Shown: positions 15,201 through 29,008 of the stretch, piece by piece | Layout: every line of letters starts with the position of its first letter | Numbering within the stretch: the stretch's first letter is position 1 | NCBI RefSeq assembly: GCF_964204645.1 | Contig: NC_134026.1 | Span: 20,928,150-20,992,149 of the forward strand | Reading direction: 5' to 3' | Origin: Tubulanus polymorphus | Lineage: Eukaryota > Animalia > Nemertea | DNA: 64,000 nucleotides | Notes under the pieces: model-generated | Databases searched by the model: none | Seen by the model: only the letters and a program-made list of their open reading frames with translations | Told to the model about the DNA's origin: nothing | Position numbers and translations under genes: made by a program

Positions 15201-18200
15201 GTTTATAGCGAGGCCGTGACCAATCTCATTTAATGACTTTCAAGGACTTATATATATATATAATCTTCATGCTTAAGCCAGGAATCCTGAAACCGACATT
15301 TTCCAGGCAGAGCTGTAAAACGGTGAACTTGTATCTTGGATCTGCAGGACCAATGCCATTCAAGGACCATGACAATGATTTAAGGATTTTAGCGCCAGAT
15401 TCTATGTTACCCAAGGCCTTGGACTGAACCATTCCGATTTCAAAACTTCAAGGACGGCTATGAACTCTTAACAATTCGAGCCGAAACTGAAATTAGGCGA
15501 GAATAGGCTATTCACATATTTTTGATTATAATGAATTCATAGGTTGATGAGAGTTGAACTCAACAATTTTCACACAAATTTGGTTCAAAAATCACCACAA
15601 ATCTTAAGGCAGGTGTTAATTCATCAGGCCGGCTATGATAGGTAGGCTAGTTCAATGTTCAATTCAAATATCAGGAATGAAATAAAAATCACTAATATAA
15701 GATCAAGATATCTTCATTCTACCCCGGCCCTAGCTGTTGACGATTGCATTATCGCAGGGTACAACAAAAAAATCCAAAACCTTGGCCTGACGTTTTAAGA
15801 AAAACTGTAACAATCATGCTCTCATAGCCTGACGTCAATTGACTTCATTATATTCAGGAACCGCCCTGAATTACTGTGTCTCCAAGAAGAATGCTAGTAG
15901 TTCATCGAACGAAGGTGACGCCGATGCATACCGCTATAGTAATAGTAGAAGCGTAAACTCATTTTGTGTGCATTGCTTTCCACGCACATAATAACGACTG
16001 ACAAAGGAATGAATATCATGTCGAACGAAACCTACAGTACAGTCCAACCAATCATAAATCAGATTCTTAGACTAGCGTCAGCTTGTTTTTTTTTCTGGTT
16101 CTAAAGCAAGTCGACGAATTGAGACTTTTTTTTCAGTATTCACGATGAACAATATTGTTGAACTTCCAATTTTGAGTCATTTCAACAAATTTCTTGTAAA
16201 GATTTGCACGTTCATACTTTCATATAGAAATAGGGCCGCCGACTATTATACTACCGATAAACTTAAGAACAATTCAATGATTTACGAACATTGTTGACAT
16301 GCGCCGATCATGGGGGTATAGCACCTGGGGCGCAAGTGCTACCCTCTAGATTTCAGTTGGCCCCCAAAAATCTTTCCCGTCAAAAATTCGATACCACCTG
16401 AGGACGTTCTAAGGCTCCTATAGTTTTCTTTGGTGGAAACAAGCTCAAATCCTCAAATCAAATTGCATCTACGATAATTTGATTCATAATCTGGGGTTAA
16501 TTTTTCAAAATTTTTCTGGGGGAGGGCCACCAGACCCCCTTTAGCTACTTTACGCTACTCCTGGATAGTACCTCTTCTTGATGGTTATTGCCCTTTTCGT
16601 CGGGTGCTGACCCCTCTATGGATCGGCCCCTGGTTGACGTCAAGATTGTTACACGTCGAATCCAGTGACAATGAAAGTTTTCCAAATCATCGTTCGTTCA
16701 GGTTTAAAGGGGATCATTTTCATTTCTAGCGTAAGAGAACCTTATTAATAACCTGATTAATTAAATGGAAGGTATTAGTAACGAGAAAGGATCGTTTCAA
16801 ACGGGAAGTTCAATACATTTTTTACTATTCGGCGACTTATCATATTCAATACATACATAACTCTGCCGGGGATTGCTTTACTCATTGCTGTACGTCAGAA
16901 ATGGTGAAAAAGCTACCGGCGAACGCAGCCGTAAGCCTATTATGGCATAACATGCACGAATATCGAATATAGGCCTACGATGATTTTAAAGCGTTCCAGA
17001 TTAGATCGAATAGTATACTAGTAGAGATAGTATATGCGCGAGTATATGGCAAGCGTTATATGACAATTTTTCTTACAGATAGCTATGCGGGGTCATCCCT
17101 TTTTCATACATGAATGCAAGGCGACAGAAATGAATCATATCTCGTGTGTACATAATGCTAAATCGTGTTGTAATTTGGCGATGAATTGATGACCTTTATC
17201 TCGCATTCCATCTTTTGATACTAACGAGTTCATCTATCTATCTATCTATAGAAAGAGGGGTCTAGAAGAAATCATCTCCTACGTACCTATGCTTGAAACG
17301 CATTATACTACAAGGAAAACGATTAGCAAGATAATTAGATATGAATAAATTATTTGACGCATCAGAAAATGAATGTTTTTGGATAAGCTTATGTGGCAAT
17401 AGATTGAGCAAGGGGTTGTGCAGAGAAATTCGCCAAAGTTTCCATGGCTGAATTAGGGGTCGTGTAATGGGGAGTTCAGTTACGCAGTCGAAAAACTCGA
17501 GGTATTGCATAACAGATGGATGACCTTTAGTAGTACCCATCCCGATCCACTTTTAGTACACGGGCAGGAATTGAAGACATTAGCGCGTGAACGGTATTAA
17601 CGTTACGTGCGCGCACAGCAATTAATCGAAATAGCCTTCTTTTATCCGTATTCTATGATGTGTGCACCATAGAAACCAAAACATAGCCGCGACATAAATG
17701 GTTGACCTTTCACGTTACGATTTCATGATACGCGGATCTAGTAGTGATGTCATACGGCTAAGGACCGCGAACCAAGGCCGATGCCCACGAGGCAATCATC
17801 GCAGGGCGAGTGATTCGTGTAGATGGAATTTTATCAAAACGCCGAGAAAACAACGAAAAAGGGCATATTGAGATAGGAGACAAGAGAATAAAGCGTGAAT
17901 ACTAATAACAGATGCGCAAAAGCGAATATCATATCATTCTGGTATCCTTTCCGTGATCAAGATGCTAATGATACAGTTCATTTCATAGTCGAAAATACTC
18001 ATTTTTTTTTTACACGATACCCAATGCTCAAGACTGTCCGATCCTCGCCGCAAGAAATAACCACTATATATCATTCAAATTGAAAGACGCATTCAATACG
18101 CATAGATATTATTCTTTTTAAATCCGTTCTCGACAAATACCTGTTGAAGCCGCGAAAGTCGGGGTGAAAAAAGATTGTCCTGTAAAATCAGTTCATTATT

Positions 18201-21200
18201 ATCGATGATACCAGTAAAATGCACGTTCGTGTTGTTTCATAGCCGAGGGACGTACATAGCAAAGACTTCCTAAATGCCAGAGGGCTGCGTTTTCACTGAA
18301 TATGTCAATAGTATATCTATAAATTACATCCTATTGATTCATATTACATCAATAATATACCTATATATAATCATACACCGCTAGGCCTGGAGACAAAACA
18401 TGCTACCGGTAACAATAAAATTAACAGATTCTTGAAGCCAGGCCCTCGGTCATCTGAGCTATAAATTAGATCGACTAAGACCTAGTTTAAGACGATAGAT
18501 CCTAGTCCTATAAATCTAGGCCCACTTGCACAGTTTTAACTCGCACAGAGGTCTTACATCATACTACAGGTGTTAGTTAGGCTGGGACTAAGATAAAACC
18601 AAGACTGGTCTTACTTCTAAGCATTAACTGTTTGTTGGCCTAATAGCCATGTTTCACAGTGTCAAGGAATTCAGGCGGAGATAAATACCCTGATATCACA
18701 AAGATATTTGATAGCTTTCAATGAGAATTGGACTTCTAGAATCATCCATATCAACTAACCTGTCCGAATCGGTGACTTTCGAGGTACTGTTCCGTGGTTG
18801 ATGTCATTCCTTGTTTGCTAAGCTTGTAAGAAATGATCTGAAATGCAACGCAAATTTCTTAAAGAAATGGTACACGTATAAGCTAAGATGTTCTGTGAAC
18901 TTCTTAGAAGTCTGAAGAAAAGATGTATAAAGTGACACATAGTAAAAAACTCCCTTAGCGAACACTTTTTCTTGGGACCAACCAAAATTGTCTAATTAAT
19001 TTTTAATCACGTGAAACATCTCTACTCTGAACACCTAAGACGCATTGAACACTTCGCCTGGAACCAAATGTTCATTGTAGAAGTTTTACTATAATTGAAA
19101 AAGGTCAAACAAGCATTTCGTATGCTGACATTTTGAGGGACCTGGATCTAAAATGGAGTGTATGTGACTGGGCCTATACAGATCCACCATCAAAACTCAA
19201 ATATCGAAACATAAACTGTAACCTACAACTAATGGAATGGATAGGTAATCCATCAAATACCGCATCGATTAGAAGCTAAGGTAATCTTCTGTACACACAC
19301 ATACGCACACGTATGGTGTCTTTTTTGTCTTCACGCTCAATCTGTATCAAACCAACCCCTCCACCCGCAAAAAAATGAATCCATTCGCTGATGAATACAC
19401 ACCTTATCTTTGAATTTCTCCATGAAACCAGCAGTAGTTCCGGTACAATGAATTAAAACAACGCCCAACACACGATCATCATTCTTCATCTGTTACGAGA
19501 TCAAAAAACAACGAATTAATAAAGAAATGCACGTATCAAATACGAGTAAAAGATATACGAGAAGGAGATAGAGAGGGAGAGGATTCTCACGAACGAGCAG
19601 CGTTACTTACGGCAAATCGAGCCAGAATATTGGCACCGGCACCTTCGCCGAGACATACGACTTGAGAAACACTATCAAATAAATGAAGAAAACGAAATAG
19701 AGAATCTATTACACCATTAATTCACAATAAAATTTTCATAAAGTCTATCGATTGTAAAGACCAGATCCCATGTTGCACAGAGATTGGTGCTGCAGGCAAA
19801 CTTACTTCAACTGATCTAATACTTCTCTGAGACCTTCGCCGAGTTCTTGCATAGTCGCGTATTTTGTACTGGAAACGATAATGAATGAAATTTTATTCAT
19901 AAAATTCGAACATATCCGAGTATAGATATGAATGTTATAGATTGTCAACACGCGGCATTGTCAAAATCCTGAGTTTTCCCTAATTTTTCTAATGCCATGA
20001 GTTTTCCAGGTTTTCCAGGACAGTGGCCACACTGATTGTATACAGCCCCATTGTATTCATTCAGTCCTAAGACTAATTATTTCATCATCAACTCATCCAC
20101 TTTATGAAATTGAACCAGCTTGGAATTAAAGTCAGTCGATGATAGATAACTGGCCAGGACAGGTGCACTTCCTTGTCGTCGTGACAAGTTATCATGTAAT
20201 GCAAAGCTAACGGACCTTGATATTAATGTTGATAATAACGCAGCTAAACTACTGTTTGGAAGCTACAAACTATCATAAAAGACAGCATGAACGCAAATGT
20301 CACAGACAAGTCGACCCATGAATTACTACTAGATTTCTACATATCGTACTCGGAGATATACAAAATATCGATGATAAAACACACTGTACGTGCTTAGAAA
20401 TTAAATTCTGTTACCAGACAAAATATGAATACATTGTACATTGATTCGCGACATCGTTGAATTTCAAGGTCAAGATGACTCTTTTTTAAGGTACAAAAAT
20501 TGCCTTCGAACTCAATACTTCTGGGCTAGTATGGGCTTAGACCTTAACTTAAGCCTACCTAGAGTACTTCGTGAAATGGGCCCTTATAAGTGCCGGGCTG
20601 TTAGCACTGCTGTACAGAGGGCTAACCCCGAATTTGCAAGTTGATGACCAGTTTTCAGGTCATAAATGAGATTATTACAGTGAAACCTCGTTACAACGAA
20701 CTCGGACATGATGATTCATCAGATATAACTAATATAGAATTTTGTCCCAAGTAAGACAATTTGAATACTGGATATGATGAACTATCGGTTATAACGAACA
20801 TATTTTATTGTCGCGTGAAGTTCCACTGTACAAAGCTCATTATAACACCACCGGACGTTATTTTCATTGGATTTAAAAGCGATTTGCGTGCAAGCCAGCA
20901 CCAGCGATAAACTAAGATGTCGTTATAACACTGCACGCTGTCTCTTGAACGACACGAACAAAGTTCAACGATTTATTTCCTAGTAGATTGTGGCGGTACG
21001 GTGAACCTAATAGTCGCATCGCGGTGAGGTCGGCCGATCGCGACTACCATCGATCAAATAAATAAACATCGATCGAATAAACTTACTCCGGGGCTAGATC
21101 AGGCGATTCATCCTCCTGACCGGGAGCGTCAATGTGTATCCACTGCGCTCGTTTGGTTATATTCGTCATCGCCGGGTGAATCGCCAACTCATGAAACACA

Positions 21201-24200
21201 CGATCTACAAAAATATCACAATTTTACAGCATCTTATACAATACGGTCAAATATCAACACGGAATTGTGGAACCAGGTACAACAGAACCAGGTACAGCAA
21301 AGGTCATAAGTTAGTTATTTGAGTTAAATCTTTGGGTTAAATTAGTTTAGTTTCAAATATCCAACTCCCGAGAGTGAAATTTCAACCCAGAACTGTGGCA
21401 CTTGGTTCATGTTTTTAAATACACTGTTCCGGTTGTACATGTATCATAGTAATCATTCCTTGATTATGGGTTTTAGAGAAAAAATTCGAATTTTTAGATA
21501 TATTTTAATGTGTCGATGAATTTTCAAATTTCCAGTTTTTCATTGTGGGACTTAGATTTTATTGTGGTAATAATAGGAATTTCAACTGCTGTTTAAAAAT
21601 AATTCCAAGTAGCATTTTAAAAGTTGATGAGTGTACCCTACTAATCATGTTTGGCTTCTTGATTTGCTGCGAGACATTGGGCTTTTAGAAAAACCAACAC
21701 TTACGATTGCATCCTAAATCGTGGAAAGTTAAAATGTTCACTTCGGGATGCTCAACGCCCTGTAAAGAAAACAATGACGGCTGCTTAGCTATCATAAGCT
21801 TCATCTAGCAATCCTAGCCACCCTCCAAATTATTGAATTCTACCACCGTAGACTTGTGTCTTATTCAGAAACAAATAGAGTTGGCTGGATCGAGAGTTCA
21901 AGGAAATTGATAGTTGTTCCAAAAAATCACTGACTTGATCAGTTATTGCATGGACCGCTATAGAATAAAGTAAGTCTACGGTCGTAGTAACTTCACTGGA
22001 AATTTCAAAGTAACCTAGAAAGAAAACATGACAGTACCCATCACCTGAATGTAAAAACGAAAGTGCCAAAAATAACGAATTTTTTTCCTGTGAGTGCGCA
22101 AATTTTAGAAACAAAGATTAAGGGACTTTCAAACGAAAATGAGAAAAAAAGATTCTGAACTCTTTATTTCAAATAAAAAAATTTCTTTTTAAATGTAGAA
22201 ATCTGGCTGACGGAATTTGCTGAGTCATCGAAAAAGCTATAATATGACCACAAAGACATATATAAACTTACTATCAAATATATGTCAATTGTTGCACATA
22301 TAATAGATATACATGTATGCATATTTATGAAATGAATAGACAGGTTAGAAAATTGTATAAAATCACGAAGAACTAAGTTAGAGAAGTGAGATATTAATAG
22401 TTAGATTCTTCGTATTTGGTGCAAAATTAGTTTCGAGTAACCCGGTGAGCCTATATTGTTAAAATTAGATTTCTCAATTCAAAACTTTGCGATCTAGCGA
22501 TTAAAAACTATAGACGAAAAAACTGTCTTTAAACTGTACGTTACCTCAGAAGGCTAAAAATACAACATGAAACAAACAGCGCTATAATCATAATATGCGA
22601 AAAACAAACTAGTCACTAATACTTTCTTTTTCTGTCCGTTGGGTCGGTTGCGAACGAAACAAAACGATAAAAAAAAGAAGAAAAACACGAAAAAGCGAAC
22701 TAAGAAAATTGAAGGCAGGGATAAAACGGACGAAACGCGCTTTATGACACGCAGAAAAACGTAATCGAAAAAAAACTTACCTCAACGTATACATTGTACG
22801 TGATGTTATTAGCTGTCGTAACGACGTGGTGCTAAAATGAGAAATCACAATATTTTTTCAATCATCAGAGCTATTTCGTAAGTTTTCAGCAGTAGACGTG
22901 AGATATGTGCCGAGCGCGCTTAGGTTGTTCACCCAGTTTTGCGGGTTATGCCCAATCAAGAAAAAAAACAAAACAAAACAGCAAAGCATGCACTGAAGGC
23001 TATGCTGAATTGTCGTGAGCTAGTGTATATGCGTTCTATTAGCTAGACTAGGGGAAAGGTGCTACTTTCATCTAGCCATCAGCAACCTGGGGAACCAGCC
23101 AGCAAAATTGGGTGAAGTATACTGCGGCCATTATTCGCTCCCATCCGGATGCAAGACTCATGCAGAGCGCTAAGCACATTCTATTTCTAAGCAATTTCTT
23201 GTCAAACGCAGCCGCAGTCGCGATTTACTGGTACATAGAAAGCACTAACCGCCAGCATGGTCTCTTCTTCCATACAAGAGCCTGAGCTGCCCGCAAAAAT
23301 GCAAGCAACGTCCCAAAAAATAAATCGGATATAAATCGATCCTGGATCAACGATATCTCTTCAGCCCCGTGCTCGGCGCCAAATCAATCCGATTTTGACT
23401 CGCGCCTCATCAACACCGTTTATAAGGACCAATACCAGGCATAATTTACTTATTTCATTCAAATGCAATTAATAGAAAGTCTTACATCCAAAAGGCCAAT
23501 CACACATCAATTAATCAGCATAGGATTGGATTATCATGGAATCGAAATTATGTTTCAGGCAAAACAAGACTAGAGGCAAATCTCATTTTTAGAAATAGCA
23601 CTTTTGCCTGTTCAACGTTTCGCCATAAAGGTTTTTTAACAATTTCTCCACCACCGCCACCACCAGCGTATACATATGACTATCGAACTGAAGATTAAGT
23701 TCGTTTAAATCGATGCTTAACTCGAGAGATCAAAATGAAATCTTCACGACATTAATTAATCATGTCGTGTCTTAACGAAATTTCTCTCGATTAAGAGATT
23801 TTAATTCGATTGTTGCGCAGCTGTCAGCGGTAACACACTCGAAGCGTTTTCGACCGAACTGAAGACGAGAATTCCTACGTGTCAAAGGCGAAGTGAAGTA
23901 GGAATTATTTCGACAACATTCGCGCGAATGTGTTCCATTTATTGCGGGATAGGCCACAAACATGGGAATCTATTCCCCTTAGTTCATAATCATTGAAAAC
24001 ATTGACACTAGAGAAAAAGGCATACTCATATCTTCCCTCGGCAGGGATTCAAACCTGATGGCATCGCTAGACTCAGCCACGGCACGAAACCTTGCCACAC
24101 TAACTCCAGTGCGCAGGTACACAGGTTTGCCGCACGAAAACTTGTGGGGCCAATCAGATTGCTTGTTGTATAATCGCTGAAGCAAATGTCGAGGATAAAC

Positions 24201-27200
24201 TATTCAAATGGAAAACCCGGGCTAAAATAAAACGCGATTCTGAGTGGCTAATAATTACATCATCTAAGCTGCGCACTCGGGCAGGGTTATCGGCTGTGGC
24301 ATTCCCGATGCCAACAGGTTCTAATCCCTGCTGAGGTGGATGGCCATTTTATTATGAAAAGAGCCAAGAACACTCTGACAAGAGCAGCCAAATTCATACG
24401 ATTTGCGGATGATCATCAAATATTCACTTTCTACCAATATCAATTAACGAGCAAATTATCATAATGCAATCCAAATTTCAGCAATCAATTTTAATTACAG
24501 TAGACCCTGTTTAATTCTAGGCTGATGAAATCGACCATATTATCTATTCAGGATTAAACATAATAATTTGAATAGATTTATTCATGGAACATTCAAGGTG
24601 GAGCAAGAAACGGTATAAATTCCGATTAGGTCAAAATCTGGATCTACCCGGCTTTAAGCGGAGTCTACTGAAGAATTAATAAGGTATAGCCTGAATGAAA
24701 AGGAGTTCTATCTTACGCGTTGGAAGGGCTGAAATAAACAATGAATACTAAATGACAATCTAAACAATCATGTCAACAGCAAACCGATAAGCTGATACGA
24801 CCGAAGTCAGACGGAAGTCAAAATAATGCATCGCAATTAAGTGTCACCAAACTCCTCCACCATAAGGTGAGTCCAAATCCCGGCACTTTTATCTACCTAT
24901 CTGACTTGTGCGTAAGAATAGACAGTGCTATGTCATCATAACACTTTAGTGTACCATTAATGAGAAAATCTAACTATCTTCAAACTGGATAACAATCGTT
25001 TAGTCATTTCCAGCATATCTGCTGGTCCCCTAAAGGTTCATAACCATTACATAGGAATATCTATCTAGTAGAATAACCAGATACATAGAGATCAGTATCA
25101 GCAAAAATACATAAAAAGGTCTTTTATTTATTTTTTTGATATCGGCAATAGAGATGATTGGTTAACATGGTAACAAATACAACGAAAAACCAGGTCAGCC
25201 TAGTAGTACTTTAAGTTAACTGACAACTGCAAGCTTTCATAGCGAAAGCTCATAATTTCTGACAAAATCAGTTTTAACCTACAAGTAAACTAGACATTGT
25301 TTAGAATACGTAGAGTGATCAGTTATATGCCGATGCTATTTTATTCTAAGGCTTCTGGTTTTAATATTCATTGACATTTATTTGAATGTTTTGTATTGTC
25401 TTGTTCATTCAGAGATATTCTGTCTATAATAAAGCACCTGCCAGCAACTACTGCAGTCAGCCTACTTAGGAATGCGACAGTAAAAAAACACATTGTCAGA
25501 ATGAAAATATGCGAAAATACTTCCAGTCTACACTGCACCTGTGTAGTAGCTATCAGGCCTACGTATAGAAGTGTCAAAAATCATTTATAACAATTGAGAT
25601 AAAATGAACAAATGAATGGAAGGATAAGAATATATTTTCTTTCTCTAGTTCACTTCGACAAAGTTTTTAAGCGAGAGTGTGAAAAATGATTAATATCCTG
25701 TGATTCAAAGTATTGCACCAATTGGATAGCCTCTGTAGTACCAAATGTGCTAAAAAAGAAGTGGATTCCATGCCGACCCAGCATTGTTATTGTTTAACAT
25801 TTTTATGCAACTTTTTATCTATAGTAAGATACTCATATAAAATAACAATAATAATATTATAACATCATTAAGTTGAATGGAAAAGGATTAGGGTTCGGGT
25901 TAGAAGAGGGCTTGTGTTCTAGGCAAAGGGCTGGATAATGGTTATAGGGTTAGGAACTTTCTATTTTGTTTTCTTTTAACTCTTTCCTCTAATTGGCCCT
26001 CTAGTTCACACATCTAAATGCCATCCGATTGAAATGAGTTAGCAAATCCAAAGATATTGGCACACTTAAACTATGATTAAGTAGAAAAATGTACCCCAGG
26101 CCATAAAAAAAAGAATGCAAAGCTAAAAGACTTATAAAAGAGATATTGATAACGAAGTGGATATTTAACCATATGACGGCAAAGTATTTAGTTCCGCTAT
26201 TTTGCCGTACATTATTACTATATATATAGGCCTATAGTATTAACTATAAAAGTAACAATAAAATCATTATAATGGGTTTAGGGTTAGGGTTTCGATAAGG
26301 TTAGTATCGAGAGGGTGAGAAGAGGGTCCAGAGGGTTCCGTTTTACCCCAAGGGATAGGATTAGGGTAAGGTGGGGTACTATAGATAGTTAAAACATTCG
26401 GGTGGTTTTCGGCAAGCTCGGTGGTCTAGTGGTATGATGCTGTGCTAGTAATTTACTGGCCCGGGTTCGAGTCTTGCTCGATCCGCTCTATTTTCTCTAA
26501 CTCTGTTCTCGACATTTTCCTTGAATTTTCTAAGTCACGCACCCTAGTGCGCATGCGCAGCGTAACTCAGCCAATCAGCGACGATGTACGGTAAAATAGC
26601 AGAAATAAATACTCAGCCGTATACGGTAAAATATCCAATGCGTATTGAAAATCATTCTTTAATCTTTTCTGAATCTAGGACTAATAATACTTTAGTAATA
26701 AATTTAACAAGAAAATTAACTTTAATAAATTATTTGACGCCTGCGAAAAAATGTAGAATTTCTGGGATAAGCTAATGTGGAATTGCAAATTTGAAATCGA
26801 AGTTTTAAGAAATTTGGGGAATTATGAGATTTGGCGATGATACAGTCTTCGACTGGTCTAATTTAAAAAAAATTGTCAACTTGTGACCGACTTCAATTCA
26901 CTTTTGCTCTAAGCTGGTCTGCAACTTCATTGCCTCCATGGTTGAAGAAAGAGCTCTTCTGATGTCTGCTTCGTCATTCCTCTAGCATCCCCATGTCAGG
27001 GTCTGACTTTTATATCAGACTTCCAAATCGTGTATACATCCGCCATTTAACCGAATAATCCGATTTACTTATCATTTCTATTTATGCCTGCCGCTCCTGA
27101 TATAATCATACATCCTTTACTATTACAATACCTCTTATCATGATATTCGATGCAATATAACATTTCGACGTTCAAATAGAGGTCATTATATAATCCCAGG

Positions 27201-27669
27201 GAGCCATTCTACATCTTTATCAATAATATTTTGCCAAATAGCTTGTATGTGTACACATAAACCTGTGACGTTTTGAACATCGATTTACGGTTGTCGTTTG
27301 TAAAATGACGCTGAATGGTTAACATTGTTTAAGTTTCATAATGGTAACGTTTTATAAGGCGTCAAAAATGAAAAATTTCAATTGTGTATGCATGCAAAAC
27401 ATTGTCATTAATTCATACTACTAAAAATATATCACACGTTTTGCCCAAAATGAGATGTAAAATAGTGAAAAAACCTGTTAAAAATGTTATTATTAACTAT
27501 CTGTTTTATGTATGATTCATAAAAAACAATTTCGATTAGCCCTCTAGTGGCAGTAACCAATACTAAAAAATATGGGCCTCAAAAAACAAATCTTCCTATA
27601 AAGCGGAGACGAATATTGTGGTTCAAATAACGATTTCGTCGTATATACCTTCTCTCCGGGTTGAGCCAT
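2245..27669 (-). CDS. NDRG-family (invertebrate ZK1073.1/CG2082-like) alpha/beta-hydrolase-fold protein; multi-exon, 3' end lies outside the window
   Basis: Phase-compatible GT-AG exons: 27649-27669 (MAQPGEK), 24717-24728 (PFQR), 22781-22831, 21705-21759 (ILTFHDLGCNH), 21087-21204 (WIHIDAPGQEDESPDL), 19806-19868 (YATMQELGEGL), 19611-19671 (VVCLGEGAGANILARFA), 19403-19489 (RVLGVVLIHCTGTTAGFME), 18760-18837 (YLESHRFGQ), 4949-5064 (KINPKNLRFYVETF), 3022-3057, 2245-2392 (CRILLMTG...DGVANVLAEA). The HDLG, DAPGQE and GEGAGANIL motifs are typical of NDRG proteins. The first two short exons are less certain. Confidence 0.9.
3179..3254. repeat. (TA)n microsatellite, about 38 units
   Basis: Uninterrupted TA run. 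Confidence 0.98.
7264..8063. mobile_element. Kolobok-like non-autonomous DNA transposon (800 bp)
   Basis: TTAA flanks (7260-7263, 8064-8067); 11-bp TIR AGGCCGAGGAG; purine-purine start as in Kolobok rather than the YY start of piggyBac. Confidence 0.7.
9310..9880. repeat. Degenerate GATC-rich minisatellite, unit about 37 bp
   Basis: Recurring CATCAGATCATAATCAGGA...GATCACCATAAT-like units. Confidence 0.75.
10536..10660. mobile_element. About 125-bp palindromic MITE family (TIR GGGCCAGTTGCTCAAAAGTTGG), copy 1
   Basis: Terminal inverted repeats; related copies at ~11382-11513 and ~12961-13088. Confidence 0.75.
11382..11513. mobile_element. Same palindromic MITE family, copy 2
   Basis: GGGGCAGTTGCTCAAAAGTTGG...CCAACTTCTGAGCAACTGGCCC. 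Confidence 0.75.
12961..13226. mobile_element. Same MITE family, copy 3, followed by another short palindromic MITE (~13113-13226)
   Basis: GGTTGCTCAAAAGTTGGTTAGGGTTAAC...TGAGCAAC, then GGGCACGGTTTTATAGACTAGTATTA...TAATACCAGTCTATAAAACCGGGCCC. Confidence 0.7.
20677..20830. mobile_element. Tc1/mariner (pogo/Tigger-like) MITE remnant
   Basis: TACAGTGAAACCTCG...GTTCCACTGTA termini with TA flanks; similar TACAGTAGAC ends recur across the window. Confidence 0.55.
26158..26637. mobile_element. MITE with about 54-bp imperfect TIRs, carrying GGGTTA-like repeats and a tRNA-like segment
   Basis: Left TGGATATTTAACCATATGACGG...TTTTGCCGTACAT pairs with right ATGTACGGTAAAATAGC...GGTAAAATATCCA. No clear TSD. 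Confidence 0.65.
26415..26486 (+). pseudogene. tRNA-derived sequence (tRNA-Pro-like 5' half) with Pol III A and B boxes
   Basis: GCTCGGTGGTCTAGTGGTATGAT (A box) and GGTTCGAGTC (B box) at tRNA spacing; acceptor and anticodon stems pair poorly. Confidence 0.6.
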
Positions 27670-28030
27670 CGCGTTGTCGTTAGCGCAATACAAAATCGAA
27701 CGTCTATAATCCACAAATTACGATTTCACTCTAAAGGTCGCAAGTGTTTTTACACCCACCACCAACTCGTAGTAATCTTCGGGAGCTTCCGGATATTTCC
27801 GTAATCGATGACGCTCAAATTCAAGTTGTCCATTTAGATTAACGCAAAAAAACCAAAACACAGTCTTTTCGAATATTTTAAGAAACTTTTTTGAGAGGAG
27901 AGTTAAGGATTTAATGCAAGAAGTGTTTTGAATAAATTGTCCGTCCGAGGTCCGTCCCTTAGTCCGGTTGTTAAGATAAACAAATATGGCCGCCAATGAT
28001 TAATCGTTGTCTTGTCAAAAAATGAAATAA
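27670..28030. promoter_or_regulatory. Probable bidirectional promoter of the NDRG-like gene and CFAP99
   Basis: CpG-richer patch just upstream of the NDRG-like ATG, with CTTCCGG (ETS-like) and AAATATGGCCGCC (YY1-like) motifs. Confidence 0.5.
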
Positions 28031-28231
28031 GAGTGTAGGCCTAAACAAGAATTAAAGAAAAGATTCGATATCTGTATTCAAAGGTACTGTATCTAATGGA
28101 GACATAGGCCTAAAATAAGTTCCGTAATTCGATCAGACATAGGTTAAAGCTGAGGAGAGTGACAATTTCCTTCTTAATCTTGCTTGCTTGGTTGGGATGG
28201 AGGATTGTCATTGAAAAGAATAGATTTTGTT

Positions 28232-29008
28232 CACAGGGGTTTGGCGATGGGCTTGGATTTTATTTCCGGGTTGTTGATAATCTCGCGAGAATGGCGCTAA
28301 ATATGAACTGCGAATAAATTCAAAATATCACGGAAATACCTTGTGTTTATATTGTTGATTTATCCGCTATAAAGTTTCGATAAACAATTGGTCGTTAAGA
28401 ATCATTATCAGACGGTCGTCACGCTACTATATAAAATAACAAGGGATGAAACGCCTTCAGAGTTGTGCCAGCCAGAAAGTTGGGACAGTCACGTGACATT
28501 CTGATGATGTCATCACATTTAAAACTTTAACATGAAAAGTTAACATATTCACAGACCGATATCAATTGTCAGATTATGATTCATATGAAATTAATAACTT
28601 ATAAAGAATAAATTATGATCAAATATATAATTCATAGAAAAAAATGCATTTGAATGTAAGTTATTCTCAAATATTTTTCGTATCATAGTTTCCATCTTAG
28701 ATGCTTCGGGTTTGCATTCAGTCAAATAAGAAGCGTGACTGTCACGTGACTGTCCCAACTTTCTGGCTGGCACGAATTGAACTGCGTTTCATCCCTTGTG
28801 ATTTTATATAGTCAAGCGTGACGACTGTTTGATGATGATCCTTAATGACCAATTGTTTATCGGAACTTTATAGCGGATAAATAAACAGTATAAACACAAG
28901 GTATTTCTATGATATTTTGAATTTATTTGCAGTTCATATTTAGCGCCATTCTCGCAAGATTATCAACAACCCGGAAATTAAATCCAAGCCCATCGCCAAA
29001 CCCCTGTG
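28232..29008. mobile_element. Foldback MITE with about 270-bp TIRs beginning CACAGGGG; P-superfamily-like
   Basis: Long imperfect inverted arms (28232 to ~28500 versus ~28740-29008) and an 8-bp TSD ATTTTGTT at 28224-28231 and 29009-29016. Confidence 0.85.

Noticed and set aside
26415-26486. Functional tRNA gene
   Set aside because: Acceptor and anticodon stems do not pair well, and it sits inside a TIR element.
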